From Elsinoe ampelina (Eukaryota): 64,000 nucleotides of DNA. The notes below the pieces were generated by a model that was not told the origin of the DNA, searched no databases, and worked only from the letters and a program-made list of their open reading frames with translations. Location of the stretch: assembly GCA_010093995.1 (NCBI GenBank), contig ML992507.1, positions 803,576 through 867,575 on the forward strand, in the 5' to 3' direction. The position numbers were made by a program, and so were the translations under genes. Of this stretch, positions 13,186 through 24,964 are shown in pieces (the stretch's first letter is position 1; every line of letters begins with the position of its first letter).

Positions 13186-13893
13186 ATGTCGCGGACGATA
13201 GCCAGATCAGTCACGGACTCGATTCATACATCATGCCAGCGGATTACTCATGCAGTGAGCCGGCAGGTACCAATCCGCACACTCAGCACATCTCTCGCAC
13301 GACACGCTAAGCCTGGCGACATAACGGACTCGCTAATGTCATTCCCACAACAAAGACAGAATGTTCCACCATCGGACTATGGAGACATCTCTGGTATCTT
13401 GAGTACCCCTCTCGCGCGCACCAGTGATCCACGAGAAAACGACCGTTTCTTCATACGGCAACCACACCGATTTCACGTCTACGCGACCAAGCACAACACT
13501 CACATCACCCTCACAGCCCCGACTCCGCCACCAGCCGCAAGTAAAGGCAAATCAGATCCGTCAGATGCTTACAAACCACCCGAACCAAATCGGCCTCTTA
13601 TGTCGTTCGCTACTGGCATGATTGGATTCAGAAAAGCAGGGAGAGGCACATACGATGCGGCGTATCAGCTCGCAAGCTATGTATTGAAGCAAATACAAGA
13701 ACGAGGATTGCAGAGAGAGATAAGAGAGATTGAGGTGGTCTTGAGAGGATTTGGAGCTGGACGAGAAGCAGTGACCAAAGCGATACTGGGACAAGAAGGA
13801 CGATTTGTACGGCCAAAAATATCGGCGGTGACGGATGCTACGAGATTGAAATTTGGAGGCAGTAGGAGTCCCAATCCCAGAAGACTGGGCTAA
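13186..13893 (+). CDS. Mitochondrial ribosomal protein uS11m (yeast Mrps18-like)
   Basis: S11 motifs HVYATKHNTHITLT, GMIGFRKAGRGTYDAAYQL, LRGFGAGREAV and DATRLKFGGSRSPNPRRLG, preceded by a presequence-like N-terminus. Confidence 0.92.
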   Translation: MSRTIARSVTDSIHTSCQRITHAVSRQVPIRTLSTSLARHAKPGDITDSLMSFPQQRQNVPPSDYGDISGILSTPLARTSDPRENDRFFIRQPHRFHVYATKHNTHITLTAPTPPPAASKGKSDPSDAYKPPEPNRPLMSFATGMIGFRKAGRGTYDAAYQLASYVLKQIQERGLQREIREIEVVLRGFGAGREAVTKAILGQEGRFVRPKISAVTDATRLKFGGSRSPNPRRLG

Positions 13894-14207
13894 TGTCAAC
13901 ATCAGTACATACAGCAATGTGGATACCGCCCTGAGAGTGAAGAGCAGGCCTGGACCGTCTCTGGTCGACCAACTCTACCAGCTTGTGAAGACCACATGTG
14001 AAGATGCCTGGTGGAGAATCACGCCCAACCGGTATTTCAAGTCTTCCCGTCCTCCGCCACTTTTCATTTCAAATTCACCTCCACGACAGCTTCTATCCTG
14101 CCTTTCATACCTCCGACCTGCCTTTCAAGCCAATTTCCTTGCCCGTTGCCTACGATCGACCAATTCCTATCACCCTTCGCCTCAAAGCGCCATTCTCTTG
14201 CCTTGTC

Positions 14208-14886
14208 ATGTCCACCAATAATCCCGAACCTGGCTGGGGAATCAAGCTCTTCAGAGACGTCCGCTTCGGCGACGAGAAGGTCCCTTGCGGCTACAACTTC
14301 AACCCATGCTGTCGCTGCATCATGCTTGACGCCACAAAGTGCGCCTTTCAGTCGACACTGGCATTGGCGACGGGGCAAACACAACAGAAGACTACGAGTG
14401 GGCCTGCACCTGCTGTGCGAACGACGGCAAGAAATGCTACCAGGTACCACATCTTGCCCGGGCGCATTCCACATCACTAACCAGTCAGACACCGATCGGA
14501 ATGCAAGGCATGATTATCAAGGCATACAACTCCCGTCTTCAAGAACAGTTGCCCGAGGAAGAATGGGTGGAGAAGTATATCAAGCCTCTCAGGCAGGAAC
14601 TTGACAGGTACGCAATCCTGCCCCTTCCAGCTCAGGCCTGCCCTAACGTTCTAGGGCATTCCCGGCCGGCTACTGGAAATCAGCAAAGCTCCACCAGGGC
14701 GGAATCGGGACGACGAGTCAAGACTTTGATGCTGGTAGGCTTCTGGTCACTGCGAGGGTTAGTAGCATGTCCAACTCCATGAGCGAGGACCACATGCTGA
14801 GGTCTGCGCCAAACATCAGGAGAACGAAAGTCATTAGGAAGAGGAAGCGTGGTGAGCCCAGCGAGGACGAGTCGGAAGGGGCATAA
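14208..14886 (+). pseudogene. Cys-cluster paralogue A (Zn2Cys6-like), apparent 1-bp deletion
   Basis: NFNPCCRCIMLDATKCAF, frameshift at about 14349, then VDTGIGDGANTTEDYEWACTCCANDGKKCYQ. Introns 14444-14488 and 14608-14654; stop TAA 14884-14886. Confidence 0.75.
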
Positions 14887-15610
14887 GATCATGGAGAGAG
14901 CATGTCGCCATTGCCTGCGCCTGGCTAGCGACAGGCTTCAGAATTGTGTGTCTGCCGTAACCTGCCTCATCGCAAGTGGGGCGATGGGATGCGAGGTAGT
15001 ATCAAGCAGGGATAGACTGGATTAGACGTCTTGGGCTGTGTCGTGGATTAGGGGGTCCTGGATGATGCCAATTCGGCAGTGCCCACGGGGTTTTCCTGGC
15101 TGTCGGACACTCTCCTACTCGTTCAGCATGCCGGCAGCAATAGTCGCAGTCGAAATCATTCCAAGGTTCGAATAAATCTTCAAATTCGGTGTTTTCGAAT
15201 CATCTCATCGACAGACTGATCGCGAATGGAAACCATTCCCAGGAATGGAAGTGGCAAAGTTCACAGTACCATGCGTGCTGAAGACATTGCAGTCAGTCTT
15301 CAGCGATGAATCCTCGACACCTATACCTTAGTGCTGAGACGATCGGGATCAAACAGAGCGGTAGGTCTTGCCAACCTGGGCCGATATTGACATGTGACAG
15401 GAGACGCCGCCGTCGCATGATCACGTGACAGGGGCCACTATATCTACAATGGCAAGTAGTATAAATATCTCCTCTCCTCTCGCCAGTGGTACTTCTCTTC
15501 TCAACACCATCAATTTTCGCCGCCGCCGCCGCACCCACGAACCCCCGGCCCCTTTCAACTTGTCCAAGCGGACGGTTCCTCATTCCACGATCAACCAATC
15601 CGCAACAAAG

Positions 15611-16553
15611 ATGCCTCCCTCGGGTTCCGATTCCGTTCCTCGCTATCCATTCTTCATCATGGTAAAGGATAAGCGTTTCGGGAGTAAGAAGCAGCCATGC
15701 ACGCCCAACTTCAATCCTTGTTGCTACTGCATCATGAATGACGTCTACAAATGCTGTATTCCTCTCGACACCATCAACAGCAAGGAGCATCGGGAGTCCG
15801 AGGATTACGAATGGGGCTGTAGCTGCTGCATAAATGCCAACAGGAAATGTTATCAAGTAAGTCCCCCGAGCTCAGGAATCGGAGCATACACTGGACTAAC
15901 ACCACCAGGTCCCCACATGCATGAAGGATATGGTTTTCAAAGCCATGATATTCCTGATCGCGACTCAGCCAGCGGAATGGGATTTCCAGCATGACCGTAT
16001 GAGTCCGATCAAGAATGAGCTCAAACGGTAAGCTTACCTTGCCACCATCCCGTGGAAAGCATCTGACAAGAACAGACTCCTACCTCGTGGCTACGAGAAT
16101 GGGAATGCAGAGGTCCACAAGGGATATATCGACGTTGAATGGGCCGGGAATGAGAGCCTGAAGAATAGGCCCTCCACCGGCATTCCTAAGAAAAGAGCTC
16201 GTGCGGATTCCGACGATGAGGATGCCACGGAGAGCGTAAGGATTAAGAGAGAAGAAAGCGCCTCTGCCGAAGAAAGTAGCAAGGAGGCGACAGAGGTCGC
16301 CGGCGGGGGAAGAGAGAGCAGCGTCGAGGAGCAGCAGCATGATGCCAGGAAAGCGTGCAGTAGCGACGAGGACAGTGAACCGGAGGTGCAGAATAAGCCA
16401 CGCAAGAAGCTGGCCAAGAGCCACAAGGCTCCTTCGAGCTTTGTTCCCACCCACGACTACGACAGCGATGAACTGAGCGACGAAATGGATCGTCTCCGCC
16501 GCCAATCGGTCATCAACCACGGGCGTGCGATTCCGGGAAGACGACAGGAATAA
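15611..16553 (+). CDS. Cys-cluster paralogue B (Zn2Cys6-like) with a charged tail
   Basis: NFNPCCYCIMNDVYKCCIPLDT...EDYEWGCSCCINANRKCYQ. Introns 15857-15908 and 16028-16075 sit at the same positions and phases as in A. TAA at 16551-16553, but the frame stays open to 16940. Confidence 0.75.
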
Positions 16554-16983
16554 GATCTCTTCATCCAAAGAAACATCGTGGCGAGGAATGATGCGGTGGA
16601 CGAGATTTGGCGGGAAGGAATACGAAGACTAGCCCAGGTGGGCCCTCATGAAAAGCATACAGGAGTCCATGGGAGATTTCAGAGTTTCCGCTTCCGATGT
16701 CGTGGTTATGGTCGGACAGGACTCACCACGAAGGCCATACGGCTGCTCGGATACGAAGAGGTTCCTATGGCGTGGAACTATTCATCGAAAGCACATGGAT
16801 ATCAAGGAATGCAATTTCATGTCGACTCCCTGAAGTGCATTCAACTGCATGTTCCGCTAACATCAAAGCCACAGTCCGCGGCATCGGACTCTCCGTCCAG
16901 GTCGTTGGCTTGTCGATTACTGACTTCCGGTCACGTTTGAAGGGTAGATTGACTCGTCGTCTTTGCGCCCTGCTCCGTCCTGC

Positions 16984-17752
16984 TCAAGGTTCGTTCTGTC
17001 TGGCCCTACGCTCTAAAGCCAGCTGATCTTGCATGTCCTGGATCTTGTCGAGCAACCGTGTATGCGCATCGTCGACAAAGCCTGTCTGCATCCTGTTCCA
17101 CTTCCTCTTCAGTTTCGCCAGCTCTACCTGCTCTGAGGAGGGTCTGAAGTCTTTGCTGCGTGGACCAGTAGTATCGTAATCGTTCTCTCCACGACCGGGA
17201 TTTCCCACATGAAGACGGAAACTCGAAGCCCAGTCACCGGTAGGACAGTTCCTGTGATGGTAAGTATGTGATGTCCTTCTGATGGGAAGGAGAATTACAT
17301 CTCGATGAGTTCTTGGAGGTCTGCGCGGTAGTTGCCCCAAGACTCGTTGTCGTCCCAGTGCTCGTCTGCGACTTCCAATGCCTTGCCTCTCAACTCTTTT
17401 CGGATCTAGGTGCCTGTTAGCTGAAGTGATGTGTGCGTCTGACAAGGAGTCTTACCTGGAAACACTCAATCTTTTTACTGGCGCACTGCACGCATTGCCA
17501 TGTGAAATCGGGCTCGTTCTTCCTACCTTCGAAGGCTGGAACCGGAATGAAAGTGCAGAAAGACTGCTGGGTGTCGTCCATGATGCAACAGACGCAAGGA
17601 TTGCGATTGCGTTCGGCTACGACCTCAACTTCATGACGACGGACGTCATCGATGACAGGAATCATCTCTGTGCCATCGAGAGTAATGAGATTCATGTATG
17701 GCTGCTTCTCCGAGTCTTCGATAGCGCCTACGGCGCTGCTGAATGTGGCCAT
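16984..17752 (-). CDS. Cys-cluster paralogue C (Zn2Cys6-like), apparently intact
   Basis: NRNPCVCCIMDDTQQSFCTF...FTWQCVQCASKKIECFQ. Introns 17455-17406 and 17298-17252. C-terminal LHVG..DYDTTGP.S followed by a coiled-coil-like tail. Confidence 0.8.
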
Positions 17753-18241
17753 GAAGACGGCTGAAGACGTTTGAAGGAGTAGTTGGCGTGCTGAACTGGT
17801 CATATATCTTGGGTATGGTGAAGCATCGAAGAAGCGGTAGGAATGTATTGCGTGAGTGACAGCTGAAGAAGGCGAAAGTTGAACGAATGATCTCATAGAT
17901 ATTGGACTGGGGATCACATGGTAGAACTAGATGTGCCCAGGCAACAGTAGCATACGGTAAACACACCCAGCACGTGGAAGCATGCGATTTCCATGTCGTG
18001 ATGAAAGAGAACTCACTGAAAGCTTGGGGGGAGGTGAGAGGTGACCTTCACTTTTTTATTAAAACATGTGCGAAGGTGTTATGAATGGAGAGAGTGACTG
18101 ATGAGCAAAGCCATTGCGTGAAACGATAAAGGAAATCTCAGACCAGCTTCATATTTCCTGCTGATTTGTCGATGGACGCCCGGCGATCCGTCCCAATTCA
18201 CAACTGCAATGAGCTACAGTCGAGAATCTCACCTGACTAGT

Positions 18242-19012
18242 TCAGCCCATGATCTGCTCTGCTTCTGCAGCTTTCGGGGCCCTGCGTTGAAGTGCAAACT
18301 GCTGCTGCATCTCCTGCAGAATTCTGTTGAGCTTCTCTTCAGCGTCATCTCCACCTTGCTGGATCTCCTCCCTGTCCCTCTTCACTTTCTGATGGTGGAC
18401 CTGCTCTAGAGTCAGGTCCCAGTCGTCGCTGAGTGGTCCCGTCTGGTCGTAGTCTCTCTTCTCGCCACCTGTCTTGCCGACATGCAAGGGGACCCAATTG
18501 GCGTACTTTCTGTCAGGATAGACACTATCATCGTCAGGGGAAACCAGATCAATGGGATGAATGTCTTACCGCTTGAGCTGCTCGATGATGTCGGTGCGGT
18601 CGTCCTCCCAGAGGAAGTCATCGTCCCAGAACTTGTCCGACATGCAGACCGCAAGTGGTCTGAGGTCCTCCGGCAATTGCAACTGTCAGTGCGAGGTCAT
18701 GAAGCCAAACAAGACTCTTCTCACCTGTAGGCACTCCTCTTCGTTATAGTGACAGTTGACGCATGGCTAGTGTTGATTCTCACCGAGCCTGCTTGGTCCT
18801 TGAGCGGGTACGCGAAGGAATGTGCAGAACGCAGGTTCCTCATTGAGGATGCAGCACACGCAGGGATTGCGGTTGAGGGTGACAGTAGTACCAAAGTCGG
18901 GGTCAGTCAAGCGGTCGTCGTGGTAGATATTGGCAAAGTCCAACCCGGGCTCGTACTCCAGATATAGCTCGCCGGCCGGCGTTTTTTGGGGAACACGTAT
19001 CATCTTTCCCAT
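18242..19012 (-). pseudogene. Cys-cluster paralogue D with an in-frame TAG at the conserved Trp (pseudogene or recoded gene)
   Basis: NRNPCVCCILNEEPAFCTF...ENQH*PCVNCHYNEEECLQ, TAG at 18769-18767. Intron 1 donor at 18724; intron 2 at 18569-18525. Last exon LHVGKTGGEKRDYDQTGPLS aligns with paralogue C. Confidence 0.75.
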
Positions 19013-19436
19013 GGCTGGAGGGACCTTGGTGCCGATGGAGCGGCTCCTTGGTGGTGAGAAGGCGATTGTCCGACAGGGCAGCTGTAAAGCTTGGGAAAGT
19101 TGGTGGAGGAGTGATGGAAAGATGGAAAGCAGGTGTGAAGAATGGAGATGATATGGTAGGGCCGCCAGGCCTTCACATGCTCTGAAAATGGCGAGAGTAG
19201 GCAACGGCAGCATGTGCACTTCATCAGCGCAATTCCTACGATGGCTCTTGTCAGTGCAGTGATCGTGTAAGAATCAACTTACATTTATTCTGCATATTCC
19301 ATAAGCTTTCACATGGCATCTCAGATTGTCGTGATGTGAAGAGAAACTGCATCGGTATTTCCAAGTGATATCTGCCCATCGTTATGCACCCTCAACGCCG
19401 CTCATGCTGACTCTGCCCGATGGCCCATTTTCTCGT

Positions 19437-20751
19437 CTACCGGACGACTGGCTTCCCTTCGAACATGTCGTCGATACCTTCTTGGCTGGCCTGCTCCTCG
19501 TCGACCTCACTCTCCTCCAGCTCATTATCCTCGTCCTCGAAGCCCGTCTCAATCCCTCTTGATTTGAGCCTCGTCTTCATGTCCTCCCTTTGTTCCTCCT
19601 GCCACCGCATCAATGCCGCACTCGTATGTACCCTGAAGCCGTATATTCGAGGTTCGTATCTTCGCTGTGTCTTCTGCGGCAGCATAGCCGGGTAAATCTG
19701 GAAGAGGATGTTCTGGAAGCTGGTACCAAAGTATGCACCGTCGATGGAATTGTGCCGCGATGATTTGGGATTGTAGATGTCCTCACATTTGGCGCAGTAG
19801 AGCTTGACGTTGGAGACGTTTGCCACATCGTGCTGACCCATGGGGAGAAGATGTTGTGATTCGCAGATGACTCGTGGACATTTGCCGAAGACGCCATTCT
19901 TAAATTTGTCCAGCATTTTGGCCAGACCGCGAGTGGTCACAATGTATCGTGCGTGTACTAGACCGTAGAGGTGTCTAGCACTCTTCTCAATCTGATCGCG
20001 CATGTCATCATCGACCTCCATGTCGAATACATCGGTGATGAGGTCCAGCGCATATTGATAGTACTGGACTTCTGTGTTGAGTCCAGTAAGGTTGAAACGG
20101 TCGGTCAGGTAGTCTTCATCAATTTCGCAAAAGTACTCATTGCCACGTGACGAGATGAACTGTGATGGTCAGCAAGCATTCCTTTTCACATGCTGATCAC
20201 GATGATGGCCGACTTCTGACACCCATGCCGTTTCACCGTCGCTGTCGATACTGAGCATTGAGGCGCGAAATGGAGGTGGTGGGGAGAGACTGCTGGCGGC
20301 GTTACCGCTGACGGTGGCTGCTCTGATGGGGATTGGTGAGGTTGAGTGAGGACGTCGATATGAGTCGTCGGCTAGATTGTCAAGTTCTGGGTGGTCGTGA
20401 GGTAAGTCATGGTAGGACATGAGATGATCATCCATGATGTCGCACAAAGCTATGCCTCTTCCGAAGAATAGTGTCGGCTGGCCACATCGGGAGGTGTTGT
20501 TTGATTGGTTTGGGCGAATCAATTGTTTGCGGGCGGCGCATAGGCAAATGCCTCCGAGACAAGCACATTTGTGCAGTCAAGATAGAAGGCGCAAAGGTCA
20601 AGGCGACAATGAAGGCCATGGGTGCCAGCAAACCATCCAATGTCACATGAGGCATCTGCAGGGGAGCCCGAAAAGGCACAATCTAAAAACTCACCCAGTC
20701 CCGCCAGTAGCTCGTGTACTCTGACTCTGTATCGGTTCCGAAATCGTCCAT
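19437..20751 (-). CDS. CKB2: Casein kinase II regulatory beta subunit (beta-2 type)
   Basis: Exon 20751-20695 (MDDFGTDTESEYTSYWRDW), intron 20694-20160, then FISSRGNEYFCEIDEDYLTDRFNLTGL, LYGLVHARYI, CPRVIC...LYCAKC and DGAYFGTSF. Confidence 0.93.
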
Positions 20752-21096
20752 CTTTGATCAGGGTATCATGACGAATTGGTGTAATTTGGCGCGGATAAAG
20801 GCCCTGGTGTAGCGTGAGAGATCGTGTGTGAGCGGTATGACAAGAGGCAGTTTTGCGCAGGGCTGGAATGGACAAACCACAAAGTCTTGGCATTTACGCC
20901 TCTGTCAACGGTTCGTAATTGCTTCAGGAGACACATGGCATTGACGTCTGATTCTCATGATTCATCTACGGATAGCTCCTTATTGATCTTGCTTTTCGCC
21001 ATGCGGAATGGCTGAAGCCAGTGCATCGCCGCTCCAAGTCGTCGCCATCCAACCGCCTACCATCCATATCAACCAACATCCATAACTTTCCGGCAT

Positions 21097-21785
21097 CTAA
21101 TCCAGAGACAACTTCCAAAGGCCGTCTCCAACATAATGCCCACCTTCTATACCGGGACCCTTCTTCTTGTCCTTCATCTCCTTTGTCGAGACCTTCAACA
21201 CACCCACCATGCATGCATGCTCTTTGCCCTCAGCATCAACCACAGCAACTTCGCCGGCTTGGATTTCTGGTCCTCCGTATCCGTCGTTGCCCTTGGTGTC
21301 ACCCTCCTTGACTGACGGATCTGGTAACCGTCCTCCGGGAGAAGTGAGGCCAGGTACCATGAGTGCCGCTCCAGATAGCACGAAGCGAATAGCCCCTCGA
21401 TCTATCCGTATGTGCTTGAAACATTGTGGGTACTTGTGTACGACCTTGAGGTGTGGTATTATGGGATCATCCATGTGCTGCCAGAAGAGCGGTGTCGTTC
21501 CGAGGACGTATAGTTGTACCCTGTCTGGTCTACCATTCGTGAGCAGACTGATCTCTCGTCCAGGCTGATGTACTTACACCTTGACTACATCTAATTGCTC
21601 TTTTTTTGGCATAATCTCGTCGATGTAAGGCTCAATCATTGGGTAGGTCTCCACGACTTTGGCGCGTATCGCTCGTTGGGCCGAGGATTTGACCTTGGAC
21701 TTTGCGCCCGCCGATATACTGATAAATGGTCAGACAAGTATCTCACCAAGCTTCTCAAGTGACTCACTGACTCCTTTTTGAACAT
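21097..21785 (-). CDS. TMA20: MCT-1/Tma20 PUA-domain translation factor
   Basis: MFKK.ISAGAKSKVKSSAQRAIR, IIPHLKVVHKYP, DRGAIRFVLSGAALMVPGLTSPGG and GHYVGDGLW. Two introns, the first at 21771-21719. Confidence 0.92.
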
Positions 21786-22085
21786 GGTCGCAATGATCTG
21801 CTTCAATGGCAGTGTGAAGGAGGAGAGAGATTGCCCCGCCTTGAAACTTCATCAAGCGAAACTGCCCCGCACTGCTTCCGGGCTGAAGATGTGGTCAACT
21901 GTGTACGGTTGACGGAATATGGGGAGCTTGATCAAACCTTCACTTGAACCAGAACCTTCGACGAAACACAGCATCATCTCCAGGCGGCAGGATCAAGTCA
22001 ATTGGATCATTTAGCATAAAGTAAAGGCCTGCACACCTTTGTACATTCAGTACCGGTCATCGATCGAGCTATCTCACTCGCCGGA

Positions 22086-23274
22086 ATGGTCAAGCTTCCT
22101 CACCGCACCCCATTCCACCCAAAACTAATGTTTCCAGGCATCCGACTCCAAGAAGCGCCTCGCGCTCGCGATAATCGACTTCCTCAGCACATCCCTCAAA
22201 GACGGCACGATCGACGCCTCGGACTCAGAGTCTGTCGAGATCGCTACCAACTGCATCGCCGAATCCTTCCACGTCGACCCGAGTAATGAAGCCGCAGTCA
22301 AGGATGCTCTCGGCGGACAGAATCTATTGTCTATCTACGGCGTATACGAGAAGCTCAAAGGGAAATCCACAGCATCCACCGAAGGTCCTTCCTCCGCGCA
22401 AGAAGGCCGCCCCACTTCGCCAGTGACACCTGGGAACGTCCCTTCAGCCTCAGCAGCAAAGGGTGGAGCTACAGAAGAGAGCGAGAAGCTCAAGGGTCAA
22501 GGCAATCTTGCCATGCAGAGGAAGGAATACGAGTCCGCCGTGAATTTCTACACGCAAGCTCTGGAAATCGCCCCTCTCAACCCTATCTACCTTTCCAACA
22601 GAGCAGCTGCCTACAGCAATCTCAACCAGCACGAGTTCGCCAAGAACGATGCCGAGCTAGCTACGGCGACAGACCCCAAGTACACCAAAGCCTGGAGCAG
22701 ACTCGGCCTTGCCCTCTTTGCCCTCGGCGACGCCAAAGGCAGCATGGAAGCCTACAAGAAGGGTATCGACGCCGAAGGCAATGGCGGCAGCGAAGCCATG
22801 AAGAGAGGCTACGAGACAGCAAAGAGAAGAGTAGACGAGGAAGGGGGTGTCGACGAGCTCGAGACTAGCAGAGGCGGTCCCGGTGCAGGCGGCGGTATGC
22901 CCGACCTCAGCGGCCTGGCCAGCATGCTCGGTGGAGGCGGCGGAGGAGCTGGCGGAATGCCTGACCTCGCCGGATTGATGAACAACCCGATGATGCGACA
23001 GATGGCGCAGAACTTGATGAGCAACCCGGATATGATGAACAACTTGATGAACAACCCGCAGTTGAGGGACATGGCGAACAGGTTTGGTGGTGGTGGTGCA
23101 GGAGGAGGCGGCGGGGGAATGCCGGACATGAGTGCTTTGATGAACGATCCTAATATCGCAGAGATGTAAGCACTCCCTCACTCTAATTTCTGGACACCAC
23201 TGACAGTACACAGGGCCAGAAACTTCATGGGCGGTGCTGGAGGTGCCGGTGCTGGACGTGGAGGTGGTCAATGA
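22086..23274 (+). CDS. SGT2: Small glutamine-rich TPR co-chaperone Sgt2
   Basis: ATG-only first exon, intron 22089-22137, then ASDSKKRLALAIIDFL (dimerisation domain), three TPRs (LKGQGN, YLSNRAAAY, KAWSRLG) and an STI1-like LMNNP tail. Second intron 23166-23213. Confidence 0.95.
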
Positions 23275-23636
23275 GAGATGAATGCATGATCAGAGCATGG
23301 AGCGAGCACTTTACATGACTAGGCTGCGTTTAGTCTCCTAGATACCCTGGAATAGAATTTGAAATGTTTCATATCGCTTGTCGTGCCGAACGTGCTGGTA
23401 GTATCAAGGCCCACATCAGTCATGTATCGCCATTAAGATAGCACAAGAGCTGGTAGTTCTAACCCTCGGCATGACATTACAGCGCCCAGTATTTACAAAC
23501 TCGTCTATCCAGCTGAACCAAGTACCATGACCTTTTCTGATCCACGCTCTTTCCCAATTCCAAACGCCAATCCCATGTCCTTCCTCCCTTCTCTTCCCCT
23601 CCCCATCTCCCCTTCCCCCTTCCCCCTTCTCCTCCC

Positions 23637-24629
23637 CTACGAGGTCGAATGAATCTTCGGCATCATCTTCGCCCCCTTTGGCTCCACAAACAACGCCTCC
23701 GCCTCGACCAACCTCTTCCCCTCCCCCTCGCCATCGCCCAACAACTCGATCCACCCCCTCACCCACGCCTTGCGCCCCTCCACCTTTGTCGTCTCAGCCC
23801 TCAACACCACGTAACTCCCCGCCGGACACGGCGCCCGGTAATCAATCTTCAAACTCGCCGTCACTCCCACCTTATTCGGCAGCGCAGGGAAACACGCCCT
23901 CGCCAGCCCCTCGTCGAGCATCGTCGCTAGCAACCCGCCGTGGATGATGCCTGGGTGGCCGCACAGGGCCGGGCCGAGGTAGGAGAGGGAGACGAGGGTG
24001 GGGAGGGGGGAGGTCGTGTCTTGGAAGACGAGGGGGGGCACTTCGATTTTGTCGGGCCCGAGGAGGGTGCCGCCGGTGAGGTTTTGGGGGCGCATGGCCG
24101 GGGGGATTTTCATGTGGGGTCGTGATTCGGAGAAGGAGGGGTTGGTGCGCAGGGAGACGCTGAGGGGGTGGGAGAGGATGTGGGCGTCGATCTCGGCGGC
24201 GAGGGGCGTGGTGGGTTGGTAGAGATTGAGGGTGGCTTCGTCGGATGGTGGGGTGATGAGCCCGCTGATGGTCGGGGCGGAGGGGGATGCGGCCATTGTT
24301 ATGCCGGCGATGAGGAAGAGGACGGAGAGGAGGACGGTACGGATGCGGGAGCGGGATGGTGGTTCGGGTGGTGGGGTGGTGGGGTTGGGTTTGGCTGGTG
24401 GTGGTGAGTGGGTGGGAGGAGTTGGGTGGGTGGAAGGTATACTTGATGAAGAGGAGTATGTTCGGAAGTGTGAGGTCAGGAATATATACAAGGAAGGAAA
24501 AGACTGGTGCCTGGGGAGTCCGATGTGTTTTGTTGATACAATCGGGGAAAGTCTCGCTGAAAATGAAGTCAGGGGACCGGGTTGAAAAGACCGACACCGG
24601 TGGGCCAAGGAAAGAATGGATCGATTCAT
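23637..24629 (-). CDS. Hot-dog-fold thioesterase (PaaI/THEM4-like), probably mitochondrial membrane
   Basis: LCGHPGIIHGGLLATMLDEGLARAC, GVTASLKIDYRAP and KVEGRKAWV; presequence-like N-terminus and one hydrophobic segment. Confidence 0.88.
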   Translation of the reverse strand: MNRSILSLAHRCRSFQPGPLTSFSARLSPIVSTKHIGLPRHQSFPSLYIFLTSHFRTYSSSSSIPSTHPTPPTHSPPPAKPNPTTPPPEPPSRSRIRTVLLSVLFLIAGITMAASPSAPTISGLITPPSDEATLNLYQPTTPLAAEIDAHILSHPLSVSLRTNPSFSESRPHMKIPPAMRPQNLTGGTLLGPDKIEVPPLVFQDTTSPLPTLVSLSYLGPALCGHPGIIHGGLLATMLDEGLARACFPALPNKVGVTASLKIDYRAPCPAGSYVVLRAETTKVEGRKAWVRGWIELLGDGEGEGKRLVEAEALFVEPKGAKMMPKIHSTS

Positions 24630-24964
24630 GGCGCTAGAACGCTGGACATGGAAGCACGGCCGTAGGAGAAGACGCAAAATTACGAATCGCTGGGGCGGCA
24701 GTCGGAGGGTCAGAAATTCTTGTTGTCGAGTATGAGTGATACAGGGTGTAGTTCGCTCGATTTCAGTAGCCGAGGCAAGTCAGAATTTCCGAGACGCTTG
24801 GCAAGTCCGTAAGCAATTTTCCGAGCTCATCTTGGTTAACAGCATACGAGACTGTTGAGATAATTATCTTCTTCCGATATGTACACAAGACTGACATTGG
24901 AGATACTGCCACTGACTGGTTCTCTCCACGGACAGAACATTACCATCAACCAGCTCCAGAACGA

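Noticed and set aside
15160..15180. B-box-like GGTTCGAAT
   Set aside because: No T stem, A box or cloverleaf could be assembled, even allowing for introns.
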